Part shown: positions 37,401 to 50,757 of the stretch, one piece after another
Layout of the letters: every line of letters begins with the position of its first letter
Position numbering within the stretch: the stretch's first letter is position 1
From: Phoronis australis
Taxonomy: Eukaryota > Animalia > Phoronida
Assembly (NCBI GenBank): GCA_002633005.1
Contig: NMRA01000064.1
Coordinates: forward strand, 690,360-754,359
Reading direction: 5' to 3'
Length of the DNA stretch: 64,000 nt
Made by a program: the position numbers and the translations under genes
Notes under the pieces: generated by a model
Seen by the model: only the letters and a program-made list of their open reading frames with translations
What the model was told of the DNA's origin: nothing
The model's database searches: none

Positions 37401-39290
37401 AGCAAACTTGTCAATATTTTTGACAAAAATGCTTATTTTGTTGAACCAAACATCAAATCCTGCGAACCTGGTGGTGGGAAGGAAGCTGCTCGTCACGTGA
37501 TCCACTCCGACATAGTTTTCATCCGAGTCGGAATTTCCTCTCAGGGAATGCACGAAATAGGAATCGGAGATGTAAGAAATAATTAACCTCTAATCAATCA
37601 ACCAATCCCAGGACAGTTCCTTTATAGTGCGTTTATCTGTTAAATCTATATTTTCAAATGCGAACGCAGTTCAAACGAAGAGTGACGAAAAACAAGAGAA
37701 ATCTCGCTAAGCATTTTTCCTAAAGCATTCAGTTATCAGCCCAACGCTATGACGCAACTCTCACATGCAGTGTTAGCTCACAAGGTCCTTGAATGTTTAG
37801 GTAACCAACACGATGCGAACTCTTCAAATTGACGGTTCTTCTGGATTGTTTGGATACAAAACACTGACCTCTGCATCAACACCGTGCCCGCAGAATCTAA
37901 TCCTGTCTATCGTGGACGGATGCTCTCACATGTAGCTGTTGCCTGCAAGTATCGAACAAGTGCAACACGCCGCTTTATGCATGCGCAGTGTCGGCAGACC
38001 AAGCTTCGAGGCATACCAGTATAGTGAGTGTACCTGTACGTCGTGGTAAGAAGTGTTGACTACACCGTTAGAAATTGATGTGTTATTAACTTATTTCACG
38101 TGTCTGTATTAATTACATTTGCGTGGTGTGAATTGCACCGGCACTGTATGTTTTCTATTCTTATATAAGATATGTCTATAGTAAAAGCTATCATTAGAAA
38201 GATAGTGGGCATTTTGTAAGCAAAAAAGAACAGTTTGTTTTTTTATTCTTGTTCGTATGCGTTTACATTTGCAAACTTGCAAATGACACCGTCAGACTAG
38301 ACGGATGGGGAAAGAATGACTGAATCAAATAATTGTTCTTTGCATTATTATTGGGTAATGAAATCACATGATTTTGTGCAATCATGTCATGGGCTGTATT
38401 TTTTATTGTAATATTTACAACGAGGGTGGCCTCTTCAGTGACACCGCTGCTTTCAGTCATTTTGCCCTTGAAGGTCATGACTGACAAATGTCATCTTTGG
38501 CATGACCGGGGTCCTGGAGTAGTAAACGATCTTATGCGAATAAACTCTTCGATTCACCAATACCTATTCATAGTTTGACTCTACCATTGAAAGTACTAAT
38601 AGTACTGGGAATTTAATGAACTATACCTAAAGATTATATAATCAATATTTATTCTGACAAAGAGACCCCTCGTCAAGAAAGTACTACCTGAGATTTTCAC
38701 AACTTGGCAAAGAACACGTCAATATTGATCATCACTCAATTCGATAACCAATTTTCAAGCACCATTAAGAATCTAATCTACCGTTGTAATCAGCACCAGT
38801 CTTCTCTTAACCTTTAATTCACACGCTCATCCAAGTCGCCTTGATGTAAAAAAGTTTTGTAGTTTACCACTCAATAAATTTTGGACTGCATTCTAATCCC
38901 TATTAAACTCTGAATAAAATATAATGATCTCATTTCCAAAACGCGTTAAAAAATTACCACGTGATCTCCTTTTACATCGCAGGAAGCCAAGAATGTGTCA
39001 GCTGGTTTTTGTCGACTGCAATAGCACAGCGTTCTTCGGCTGCAGAAACATGTAAGTTGAATTTCATTCCACTGAATACTGTCGACCGGGTCTGTATTCT
39101 TTATCTTTATCTGAATCATTATCGGAATCCTCCAAAACCAGATTTTCTCCATATACCGGGTATAATCGTCAAAAGTCTTCTAAAATCCTTACATTGGCCG
39201 ACACGTCTGCTATGGTGACGGGCAATCAGGTGAGTCAATCATGGATAAATGGGGAGACAAGTCAACTTTAACTCTATAGTTTTGCAGCAA

Positions 39291-39416
39291 CTTAAGTCCG
39301 TCTTACAATGCGGCCGTCGTCTAAAGTCCGTCTTAGAATGCGCCTGTCGTCTAAAGTCCGTCTTACAATGCGCCCGTCGTCTAAAGTCCGACTTCTGCGC
39401 CCGTCGTCTAAAGTCC
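39291..39416. repeat. 30-bp tandem repeat
   Basis: ctaaagtccgtcttacaatgcgcccgtcgt x ~4. Confidence 0.85.
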
Positions 39417-39549
39417 TCTTGTGAATTTAAGTCACGTGTTGGTATTCAGTAAAGATGGTGAATTCTAGCTTTACCATACAAGTACTTTGCAAATATCCTT
39501 ATAGCATAGACAATGGACAAACATGTTCTCTCTATAACCGAATAACTCC

Positions 39550-39790
39550 GTTACCGGGGCAACACAGCACAGAGCTACCATCATCACACTCTTGAGACAA
39601 ACGACAACCTAAAGCTATATCCGATGCGTCAGGAGAAACGATAACTGAGGTAAAATCAAGATTTCTCAATGTAGGCGCTCTTATCAGAAGGTCCTGAAGA
39701 GCGTTGGACGCCTCTTTGCCACTAGACTGTGTTGGGTTGTTTCTTTTTGTGAGCTCAGTAAGCAAGAGAGAAGTCTCCATGAAGTTTGGG
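39550..39790 (-). mobile_element. Gypsy-like LTR retrotransposon RT/RNase H junction remnant
   Basis: LLIRAPTL..LDF...V..DASDIALGCRLSQ resembles the AP.L...DF....DAS..G.G..L.Q motif. Confidence 0.6.
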
Positions 39791-40036
39791 ATGAACTACC
39801 CAGCTAACCGAAGTAAAAACAAACTTGTTTCTTCGTTCTGCATGCGCGCACCCAGCCTTGAAAATGGGGGTGGGCTCGAATTTCTTTCGATGTGGACCCT
39901 TTGCTGACAAAACATTGGTAGGACTAAAAAAAAAAAAACGGGATACCCCTTTTTAGTGCACTTTTGTCACGTTTTTCGGACTTTTTGTTTCTCTGAGGAG
40001 GACCTTTTTGCCCATTCACCAAATGGGAGGCTCATT

Positions 40037-40225
40037 CGAAGTAAACAAAATCAAGGGAACCCCCGATCCAAACAAGTACAGTGCATAGAAGACGTGTGCA
40101 AGTGGTGTCGATGTGATCGATAAACTTCCAACCAAGCATGCGCACTGATGCCCACACACGGAATTCCGTGTGTCGTTCATCATGTTTCCACAGGACCACT
40201 TTTCATTATAGGTGGCGCTGTGTCA
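40037..40225. repeat. ~190-bp interspersed repeat, second copy ~46034-46232
   Basis: Direct similarity including the palindrome cacacggaattccgtgtg. Confidence 0.8.
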
Positions 40226-40849
40226 GAGGGTAAGTGTGCCTCGGGATTCTAATAAATTTACCTGCTGAGCTGGAAGAATAATGGGGAGGGAGAGGGGCGG
40301 AGGGAGGGAGGGAGTCAAGGGGGAGGAGGGAGGGGAACAGAGAGATAGACAGCAACAAAGTTCTCGTGGGACGAACAAAATGAAGTGTATTTTTAGTCGT
40401 CGCTTCGCAAACCATGCCTTCCAAATCCTTCTTCAATGCCGTTGTGTTGGCAGCATTTCAAAAAACGTGAAGTCTTGCCCGAAGTGGTGACTGTCATTAT
40501 ACCATAAATTGGACTCATAAAAATCACTTACCGTAGCAGGATTCTATTTCCGGTACCAACTGAATTCAAAAGCAATGTGGGTGCATGCTACATTTCCAAA
40601 TTCGTAATTTTAGGGTTGCATGATGGCCAAGCCCCAAATCGGAAACTCTTTATCACTGATGATTTCGTTGTTCTTCTTAGTAACGGAAATAGTATCTTGT
40701 CACCGTAAAGTATATATGGAACCGATTTTATCAGAGCACTGAATTACACGGCCTAATTCAACGAGTGGGCGGACGATGCGTGCAAGTGCAAGCCTGTACT
40801 TGGCATTCCCAGTATTGAGTGTCCTTCTCTGGAAACGCCAATGTGTTTG

Positions 40850-42150
40850 TTCCTGGGAGAAGTCGATAGTAGTAATAGTAACCCCCCAAGTAGGTACTTG
40901 ACCTTTGATACTGGTTTAAGTTTGTGTCCATGGAGAAATTCGTTATGCTCATCTTTCTTGCGCCATGATACTGAGTACGTTACACTTGATGGGTGGAATT
41001 CCATTATCAGGGTAGAGTTTCGTAGACGTAAGAAACTCGCTAAGAGGACACAAAACAGCTTTCACAGGGGCTTGCCTATCAGAATACAAGTCAATGGACT
41101 CGGCACCCTTTCTTCACTGTGTTAAAAACTGCATGCAAAGAAAGAAAAGTTTTGAATCATTTCACATCACAAGCCCTACAAAAATGAGCCCAGAAACTTT
41201 ACTATATCTTGTATTTTTGACCCTTTCACTCCTACTGAAAAGCAAGGTAGAATAAGAAAACAGCTACAAGAAAGCGCAAAATTGGCACTTTTCAATCCAA
41301 AACCACCACTTTCCTGCCGATGCTCGACTAAAGCCAACATTAGATTCTGAAATCAAATTTCCTACCGATTCCAAAAATGTGGTCCAAAGGTACTGTCAAT
41401 TAGCTACTTTTTGCAAATCTGGATTGTTTGAGGGCTTCCTGAAATCGCAGCCAGTTTCTTAGTCGCTACCCAGCAACGCAAAATTGCAAGAGGGGGCCGC
41501 CATCTTGAGGAACAGTGCAGCTACAGCCGAGCAAGCGGTCTTTTTTCATTCTCAGCAAGCTCACAAATACAAACAAACCATATTCACTTAGCCTACATGC
41601 AATACCTACCTAAAATGTCCCCAAGCCTGGCCTGTACTCCTAGATTTTAATATTTTGGCAGTGCAAATTGGCCGCGGCCGCAGTCTAGCTGTTCAGTGTC
41701 ACACGAGGGGGGTAGAATGATCACGCGCTTTGCTTGTAATATATGGCGATATTTCTTGCGTGATGTTGAGTTATCGCAAGGTTCTCGCGTCTACGGAACG
41801 TACGCCAGTTCTTTACCATACGGCTAACTTGTCGAGGTCAGTTGGAAGGGCAACGGCATGACTATGACCTTTAACAGTCAGGTATAGTGTCATCAGCAAA
41901 TGTCCTGGAGGTGGACGATGTATATGGGTAATGTTCATTAACTAGTCACCTAGTTAATGACGTACAAGATCATTAAATCAAGACTAACAAAGGAGAGAAC
42001 ATAAAGAACCAGGATCACTATTCACTATATGCTAACCTGACTTCTCTCTTCGCGTGCAAGCAACTGTGTATCCTAGAATTGTTAGTATTGTTTGCAATGC
42101 CGGAGCATCCATTAAGCAGTTTAGGGCCCGCATCAAACTTAATAAGGCCC
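40850..42150 (-). mobile_element. Highly decayed CR1-like LINE RT fragment interrupted by another repeat (~41100-41700)
   Basis: Remnants MEFHPS, LHGHKLKPVSKVKYL and TFADDT (~41900). Confidence 0.55.
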
Positions 42151-42989
42151 TCTCTCGTCGCGACAAGGGAGGAAGATGGGGGGGGGGGGGGGNGGGGCAC
42201 AAAAGAGGGTCCGCCTGAGAAAATTTAATGCAACAATGAGTGTTCGTATCTCTTATGCACTGTTGTTCAACTGACTTCATGCTGGCAACAGATTTTCAAC
42301 AAGTTTTGGAGCAATTGGCAACCAAATTAAGTTATATTCATTGCCAACTTTTTCAAAAAATTACTTGGCCGGAACTAGCAAAAGTGATTGTGTTTTTAAC
42401 AAATTCAATAGATTTCAAACCAGTTTTTTAACTTACGAAGCAATTTCAATGCATCAAATTCAGTGCCAGCCTCTTCCACGCTCATATCAATACTCGTGCC
42501 TTGTCTTCCCGGGAGAGGCAGTAATATTGGCCGCGGAAAGGGCAAAAATAGTTAATGTAAAAATCAAACTTAATTCGTAATTTTGCCCTTTCCGAGCATT
42601 TAGCTAGCTTACGTTTCCACCGACAGGTATGATTTTCCAAACACAATTAAAGTTTACGAATTAGGTTTAATTTTTACGAATTAAGATTGATTTTCCAAAC
42701 AGGATTGATTATTATTAAATATTTGTGCCCTATCCACAGCCTATACACTACAGCATTTGCAGAAACTTATGTAGGACAAACAACGGAGTATAAAACCTTA
42801 CTTCCGTGGCTGTTTCGGTATTTTAAAAATTCAACACCTTGGCTCAAAATAATGAGAGAGAGANNNNNNNNNNNNNNNNNNNNNNNNNNNNNNNNNNNNN
42901 NNNNNNNNNNNNNNNNNNNNNNNNNNNNNNNNNNNNNNNNNNNNNNGGGAGGGGGGAGGGAGGGAGGGAGGGAGGGAGGGAGAGAGAAC

Positions 42990-45305
42990 ACTTTTATTTA
43001 CATTACATTATAATAATACAATGATTAAAATTTGATTTCAATTAGGAGGCCTTCTAAAGGTTATTGACAGCTAATAAGAAGGTCCCCTGTACAAAATAAA
43101 TAAATGGAAATGCAAAAATCAGTAGGAATACATGAGAAAACAAAGCGAATTTTAGTGCTGAAAATGGCCGACACACCAGGAACCAAGAAGTAGACTGGCA
43201 CAGCGCAGGAGATTTTGAGAATACAATTAGATACTGTTACGTATGAAGCAATTAGAAATATGACAAAATGGATCGTAGTTGCTAATAATAGAATTGGATA
43301 AGAACCTGGAGAATGCTTGCAAAGAATGTGTTTTTATTATATTTAGAGCAGAGACTGGTACTTCGTTGTTGTTTATAAGTCGAGGAATCTCAAATCTAAT
43401 ACAGGCTCTTGATGACAATTTGTTGGACGGAGGAATTAAAATTTTGGGTTGTATTGTCAGAGTAGCAGCTGAGTATTGATTCAGGTATGTAGGAGTTTTA
43501 ATGTGTCTGGTTGGTTTATATTGGATGGGTTTACTAAAGAAGTTGTTAGTGTAAAATTGCTTACGAAGCTGATTATTGAGGAATTTGTAGTACTATGAAA
43601 ATTTTGCAGTTGAGATTTTAAAGATGTCTTAAAGTAGAGGGAGGCGAATTTCCTTACATATGGGCAGAGAGTGAGCATTATAACTGGAATTTGATATATT
43701 CCTAAGGATTCTCTTCTGGGCTGTCTGAAGTTTCTTAGTGTCGCCAAAACCCCAAGTTGCAATGCCATAGTTTAAATGAGGAAGGACAAGTGAATTATAT
43801 GTTAAAACTAGAGAGCTAGAAGAGGAAGATAAGATTTCCACCGAGATTGTTAAGTTTGTTTGAGATGAGGTTAATGTGGGGGACCATGAGAGGTTTTTGT
43901 CAACAGTAATACCAAGGAAAGGAAAACTGTTCACATGTCATATTGTTTTGCTATTTATATAAATGGTGGGAAGAATACATTTTCAATTTTCCTTTGGGGG
44001 TAATGGAACATCATTAATTTATTTTTTGATGTGTTAATTGAAAGTTTGTTCACGGAAAACCAGTCTGAAATATATTTAAGGTTGTTGTTGATGGTGGTTG
44101 ATTGCTGTAAAGTGTTGGGGAGATTCTGTCAGTTTGTGAGTTGTGACGAGGCAAGTGTCGTCAGCTTAAAGAAGTGTGTCCATGGGAGAAGAAAACGAAA
44201 GATCATATATGTAAATTAGGAAGAGAATTGGGCCAAGGACAGAGCCTTGGGGAACTCCGGTAGATATTGGTAACCAACTAGAAGTTGTATCACTGAGTGA
44301 AACATTGGGTGCGGTTTGAGAGATAACTTTTAAACAGTGTATATTTAACTCCAGTAATACCATAGTGATTTATCTTTTGCAAAAGTATTTGATTGTCTAT
44401 TGTGTCGAAAGCTTTAGAGAGATCTAGAGTGATGACCAGGGGATTCATGTCGTTATCAAGATGGGAACAAATGCGGTCTAAAAGTTCAAGCGAAGCAAGT
44501 TCTATAGAGTGACATTTCCTGAAATCATATTGATGTTTATTAAGAATATAATTTTCATTTAGGAAAGTTGAAAGTTGAGTATGGATAATATTTTCTATAA
44601 TTTTTGAGATTGTTGGAAGAATAGAAATGGGTCTATAATTGCCCGGGTGCTCTGGGTCCAAACCATGTTGTTTAAAAACTGGGATTACCTTAGCAATCTT
44701 TAGAGCATCTGGAAATATACCAGTGAGCAAGCACTGGTTGATGATGGTCGTGAGAGGTTCAATTATAAAAGGACTGCTTATTTTGACAATTTTAGATGAT
44801 AAATTGTCATGACTAGTACTATTTTTATTGCGTCCATGTCTCTTATAATATCTAATACATGTTTATTATTAATTAGTTTGAAAGAGAACTTAAATTTGTT
44901 TGGCGTGGGAAGATAGTCTTTGAAATTCTTGTTTTCTATCGTAGTTATTGATTCAGAAAGGGATGGGCCGATTTGGGTAAACTTGTAGGTGTTGAATAAA
45001 CTTGCCATTTCGGGTAGGTCACTGGTTTTAGTGTTATCTGAACGTAAGAGACATTCTGGGGTATCATTTTTTGTTCGGACACCGTTGTTTATTGTATCCC
45101 ATGTTTTATTTATGTCAGACTTCCCTTTTTCGAATGTGACATAATAGTAAGATTGCTTGGCGGAATTAATAGTTTTTTGAGAATCTTGTATACTTTAAGA
45201 TTGTTGTGGCATGTAGCGTAGGATTGTGTGTTGCGAGGGGTTGTCTTGGTTTGTTTGTACAGTTTACCTCGGTAACGAATGGAAATTAAAATACCAGGTG
45301 TAATC
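42990..45305 (-). mobile_element. Decayed CR1/L2-group non-LTR retrotransposon ORF2 (reverse transcriptase) with 3' end
   Basis: Frameshifted RT motifs [71 protein letters not shown]; AATAAA near 42995 next to a simple repeat. Confidence 0.9.
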
Positions 45306-45505
45306 CAAGAAACTGACTTAAGTTCATTTTGGACTTAAGTCTAAGATTTGTCTTAACTTACATACTTTGAAATTTCCACATCCGGTAAGATAGTTAAAAT
45401 TAAGACAAAACTTTTATCAAAAACTTAATTCAAACTTAAGATCTCTTTCTTGAAACGGTATCGAGACAAATTTAGCTAAGTCAGTTTTGTTAGAAAGAGC
45501 CCCAG

Positions 45506-45650
45506 GCGTGCGTTCAGTAACGCTAGGACATACGCTAGGACCTAGCTAAAATCCAAAGTCACGTGATCTCATTTAAAATAGACGGCAATATCTCACGTAA
45601 TCTCGCGAAGTCTTGTTTTTTGCGAGGTCCTAGCGTTACTGAACGCGAGG
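45506..45650. mobile_element. Short MITE
   Basis: Inverted repeat gcgttcagtaacgctagga...tcctagcgttactgaacgc. Confidence 0.6.
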
Positions 45651-46552
45651 CAGGTCAGTATTACATATGCACAAGACCACGTAAGACTCCTCAAAATATT
45701 ACCATGCTTTACATGCGATTCACGTTATCACATTAGCTTTTCACACGATTGTTCTAGGTCTGCGGAACGCAGCCCTGGATTACGGTAAAAGTCGCAGTGT
45801 TCCTTCTATTAAAGATTGCATTCGGAATTAACGTATTTCCATCTTTAAAGGGCATTACGGTTTCTGCGGCCCAGAAACACAGTTTGGGGGTTATTGTTGA
45901 ATGGGATAGACTTCCTGGAGATATGAGTTTTGACAAGAGCTATAGAACAACAAAATCCATCGTGTTTTGTGATTTTATTACAAATTGTCCCCTTTGATTT
46001 GAATAGTTGCATTTTATTAAAACGGGCAGTGATCGAAGTAAACAAAATCAAGGAAAACCCCGATCCAGTGGCTTAAACACCAACAAGTTCAGTGCATAAA
46101 GTCGTGTGCTAGTGGTGGCGATGTGATCGGTATACTTCCGACCAAGGCATGCGCATTGATGCCCACACACGGAATTCCGTGTGTCGTTCATCATGTTTCC
46201 ACAGGGACACTTTTCAGTATAGGTGGCGTTGTGTTAAAGGATATCACTCATACTGACATCACACGGTCATGTCTTTCAGCCCGCCGCCGTTTTCAGTTAT
46301 GCAAATGCAAAGGGATTTTGTAGTGTAAATGGTTGTTCCGGATAAGAAGCGTCACGGAAAGACGTTGGAAAAATATTCCGCAGGTTTCCAAATGACCCAG
46401 CATTGCGTGGACAGAGGGTCTTGTAAAAATCAAAATTGTATTGTCGACTGTGTCTTCTCGTTTCCGCAAGAAATGACGCCAAACGGTGACCATTTAATGT
46501 CGCGATAAAAATTACAAATGATACCATCATTACCATCATGACTGTACAACTA

Positions 46553-46557
46553 CAGCA

Positions 46558-46618
<61 letters not shown>
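46553..46618. repeat. (GCG)n microsatellite
   Basis: About 20 perfect GGC units. Confidence 0.95.
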
Positions 46619-46619
<1 letters not shown>

Positions 46620-47954
46620 ATTAGTTTAGTAGTAGTAGTAGCAATAGCAGTAGCCAGCCAGCTAGCTGTATGAAAACTATCTTCAAAATATAGCCAGCTG
46701 TATGAAGACTGTCGTCAAAATATATTTATATACAGCTTTGTACCAAGGCTAGTCAAAATACAGCTTGGCAGCAGCAAAGTTTCTTCTGAAATTCGGTTTT
46801 TCGGTATCAAAAGTCTAAAAACTTATAATGAAGTGACACCAGTTCCGATAATTTGTTGTGACGTGTACGCAACCTCGTGAAAGCAGAACAGTTGATTGAA
46901 GAATCGGCGAAAAAAGAAACTGGCCAATAGGTGACGCAATATTTCATGGCACCGAAAGCCGTCGCTAAAGATCGCTCCTCAACTTTAGCAGCAGAATAAC
47001 GGTAGAACGACATCTTTTCCAACACCGTTAAATATTTTAGTTTAATCAAGGAAGACTGTAGTTTTTAATGACACTAATTTCGTGTCAGATTTTATCTTAC
47101 CACTTTTTTACCCACTTTGGTGCAAAGCTGTATATTTACTATACAGCCTTGTACCAAGGCTACAATAACAGTAGTTGTAGTAGTTGTAGAAGCGATAGTA
47201 CTAGTAACAGTGTTCGAACTTCAGCAAATAAATGTGATGACTTCCTCGGAGAATAGACCGACCGAAACGTCGTGACACTGTAAATAGATAAGAGGTCGGT
47301 GTAAATAGACCAAGAGATTTTAATTATAGTTGCAACACGCCGCCACCTAAGAGCGGTTTTAGAAAATCATCAGAATAGTTTAGTTGCCAGATTTTGTGTC
47401 GTACTATTCTGTTACGGTATTGCCGTGTTCTGTTCTGTTCTGTTACAGATTTAGCTTTTCTACATCGTCACTTAAAATCCGCATCAGAAAGATGACTTGA
47501 ACATTTCCGAAAATCCCGAGCTTACTCGTGTAGACACTCGACTGATATTGCTTACGTCTTCCGTCTTTCAGAAATAGCTTAACATTGAAATGCTTACTTT
47601 TGGTTGATTTTAAACGTAAACGAAAACTGTTGATTAAAAGCTCATAATGTTTCCGGCTTAAACAATAGTAACTGATTAAATTCGCTGCGTCTTGATTTTT
47701 TCGAGTGATCTCGGCTAGTCGTCATAATTACAAAACTTGCTTTCCAAAATGACAAATTCCGTGTTGAAAATCTAGTAACTAGAGAGTCATAACTGCTCTC
47801 CTATTCAGTTTTTAGAGATAACTATTACCAGAGTGCTTTGTTGTCGGGCATCATATCTGAACACTCAGTAAAATTATATGCTAAGCAAAGTGAGCTTGCG
47901 AGAATACGGGCGTTACATGAAGGTCACACGGTTCAGCAACTGGGGAGGTCAGTG

Positions 47955-48080
47955 GCCTCGCAAGTTTTTGCGAAAATAAAATAAAAAGAAAAAAGACACA
48001 CAAGTAAGAAAATTGGAAGATTTTGGAAAAGCTCCAAGTAACTGTTGATGTGTCGTCTAGGATGAATTCGTGTAATTGTG
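47955..48080. repeat. Interspersed repeat, inverted copy at ~52815-52920
   Basis: aagctccaagtaactgttga...gaattcgtgtaatt vs aattgcacgaattt...caacagttgcttggagc. Confidence 0.6.
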
Positions 48081-49074
48081 TTAAACTTTGCTTCATTTTC
48101 GCCGATTATGTCACTTCGGTTCCTCGATAATTGGTTTAAAATAGAGTGTCGTCTGTAATCAAACCAAAGCTTCTATTTTGACAAGGAATACGTAATTATA
48201 CAATCAACACGTCTTTCAAGTTCTCATTCTTGGTCAGAAATGAACTCAAGGTGCTCTGAATATACGCTGTGTATGCTGTAGGCAGCTCTGACTCAGCAAT
48301 GATCTGAATATACACTGCGTAGGCTGTAGGCAGCTCTGGCGTAGCAATCATCTGAATGTGTACTGTGTATGCTGTAGGGAGCTCTGACTCGGTAATGCAG
48401 ACCTTTAAAAATATTATTATTATTTACGTCAAGACGGCCTTCTATATGACGTATGTGACCGTAACCACGTACCGTGCGTCCTTGTGTGGTTGCATTTGGT
48501 ACCAGTGTCCAGGTTACCATGAGCCTGCGAATGCCAGTCGTTCCAAAATTTTGGCCCTTCTGGCTTTTATGATGAGTAATGCATCAATCATCAGGCAAAA
48601 GAATACTGATCAAATGATCGCCCATTTCTTGCACCATTTCAGTTGGTCTACTTCCAAGGTAAAGTTCAAGGTCATATAATAAAAGTAAACATCAAATATA
48701 ACAGAAAAATTCACCATTAGTTGAAAGCTAGAGTAATACTTATACTTTCACTTAACTTATCTGTTAAAAGCAACGAAAATCACAAGACACACACACACGC
48801 GCGCGCGCACGCACAATACTTTGCTTCATTCGAGATTGGAACCACTAAAATTACGTTGTAATTGTCAAATTGTGTTGCAAGCTTTTTCTACTTGTAACTC
48901 CGTGTCTTTGAACACCAATTTATAGACAAGGGCGTGTTTCACTGAGGTGGTATTTTAGAAATGTGTTCCTCGGTTTTACTCAAGTGTTTCACATAAAGCC
49001 TCTTGGGCCTAAGCACACGCATTATGCGACATAGTTACCCTTATTAGCATTATCACTATGCTCGTTGTTAATAT

Positions 49075-49460
49075 ATTAATAATAATTATTGTCATAATAA
49101 TGATAACAATGATAATGATAATATTCACAATGAACTGAGATGACAATAATGATGATAATGATAATAATGACAATGAAGATGACAATACTGATGATAATGA
49201 TATTAAAGATAATAATGATAATGATGCTAATGATGATAATGATTGTAATGATGATGATGATGATGATAATGATGATGATGATGATGATAATAAAGATGAT
49301 AATAATAATGATAACGGCAATGACAACAATATAATGATAACGACAATGGCAGTAATAGTGTTATTATTGTTATTATTTTCATTACTATTAAAATTGCTGT
49401 CCTAATACTATTGCTACTGTTATAATTGTTATTGTTATTGCTATGGATTATGTTGTTTAT
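49075..49460. repeat. (ATG/AAT)n low-complexity microsatellite
   Basis: Direct reading. Confidence 0.9.
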
Positions 49461-50372
49461 TAAAAACCGCGGTATTCAACAACGGTCGAAAAACCATGTC
49501 TCAAACCGTCCCATTTTAGTGCAGTGCTGATCGCGCAAGGCTTTCACAAGAAAAATACAGCAAATGTCCGACAGTTTTTACTTGGGAGACCAACAATAGA
49601 TTTGGTTATTAATTTTGAAGAGCTGGAAGTTTCTCAATTGCCATACTGTTATGTCATGACATCGAATGTGTTGAGACTTATTCCACGATCAATTTTTGAG
49701 GACGAGAACCACATCAAGTAACCACAGAAAAACAAAATCGTCTTGAATGTATGTTGCCTCTAAGTCGATCGAACATTATTTCACGGCCGACTAACTATTC
49801 TGGTGCGAGTACTATGATACTTGATATTACAGCATTATATTCAATTGTCTAGTGAAACAATCGCTGGTATTGATTTGTAGTTTTCACTGTAACTTTCCTC
49901 GCTACAATTATTCACTCTACCCTTATATACACAGAATTGTATAAGTCACACCAGCAATAATTTATTTTTTGTGCTTTGTCTCTTACGCGGTAACGTGTAT
50001 TTATTTGTAGTATGCCGAGATGATTGTGCGTCTTCTAAGTATTCGTCACAGCAGAAATCACTCTTGGCTACACTCTCGCGGTAAGGGTCATAATAGGTAC
50101 AATACGAAATTGATTTAGATGTTAATGTAAACATTGGCTGAACGTTATAATAACTACTTTTATATTTCCAGGTTTCCAGTACGCTTGGTAATTTACTGCG
50201 GCGGTGAATTACCATAGGACGACTTGTGAATACGGCACACTCGACTGAGAAAAACGAACCGACGCATTGGGTTCAATTATTGATGTATAGAAAACAGGCG
50301 TTAACTTCACAATACTACCGGCCGTGTATCACAGCTGTGATTGAGACTTCTCTCGGGCAAGCGCTGCGTTAA

Positions 50373-50757
50373 ATGGATCGGATATGTCAGTACAGTACTA
50401 TAATTTTTGCGGGAAATGTAACAGTATTGTGCATTGTCGCCGTGACAACGGATTACTGGGAACACAGGGGATTCAACTTCACACAGATTAGGAGTGATCT
50501 TGCGCGTTCCAACAGGACGGTCATATACGACCCGTCCGACACATCGACTTACATTGAAATACATTACAAAAGACATTGGAAACCTGGAGTCGAGTGCTCA
50601 ATGAAGAATACAACGTTGTACCAGCCTCCAGCCTATGCAAAGAAATTCTGGTGTGATTGTAACTGTAGCCAACCGCCACATATGGAAAGCAGATTCGACA
50701 TCATAGTGTTGTACGAACAGTATGGCAATCTGTTCCGAGAATGTGATAACTTAGAAG
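50373..50757 (+). CDS. First coding exon of a claudin/PMP22-superfamily (TMEM114/TMEM178/GSG1-like) membrane protein
   Basis: The N-terminal hydrophobic helix ends VAVTTDYW; a long loop follows, then YGNLFRECD resembling the G-L-W-x-x-C signature; donor GAAG|gtaggt. No downstream exons identified in the window. Confidence 0.65.

Noticed and set aside
49009-49334. Ser/Leu-rich and Met/Ile-rich ORFs
   Set aside because: Microsatellite translations
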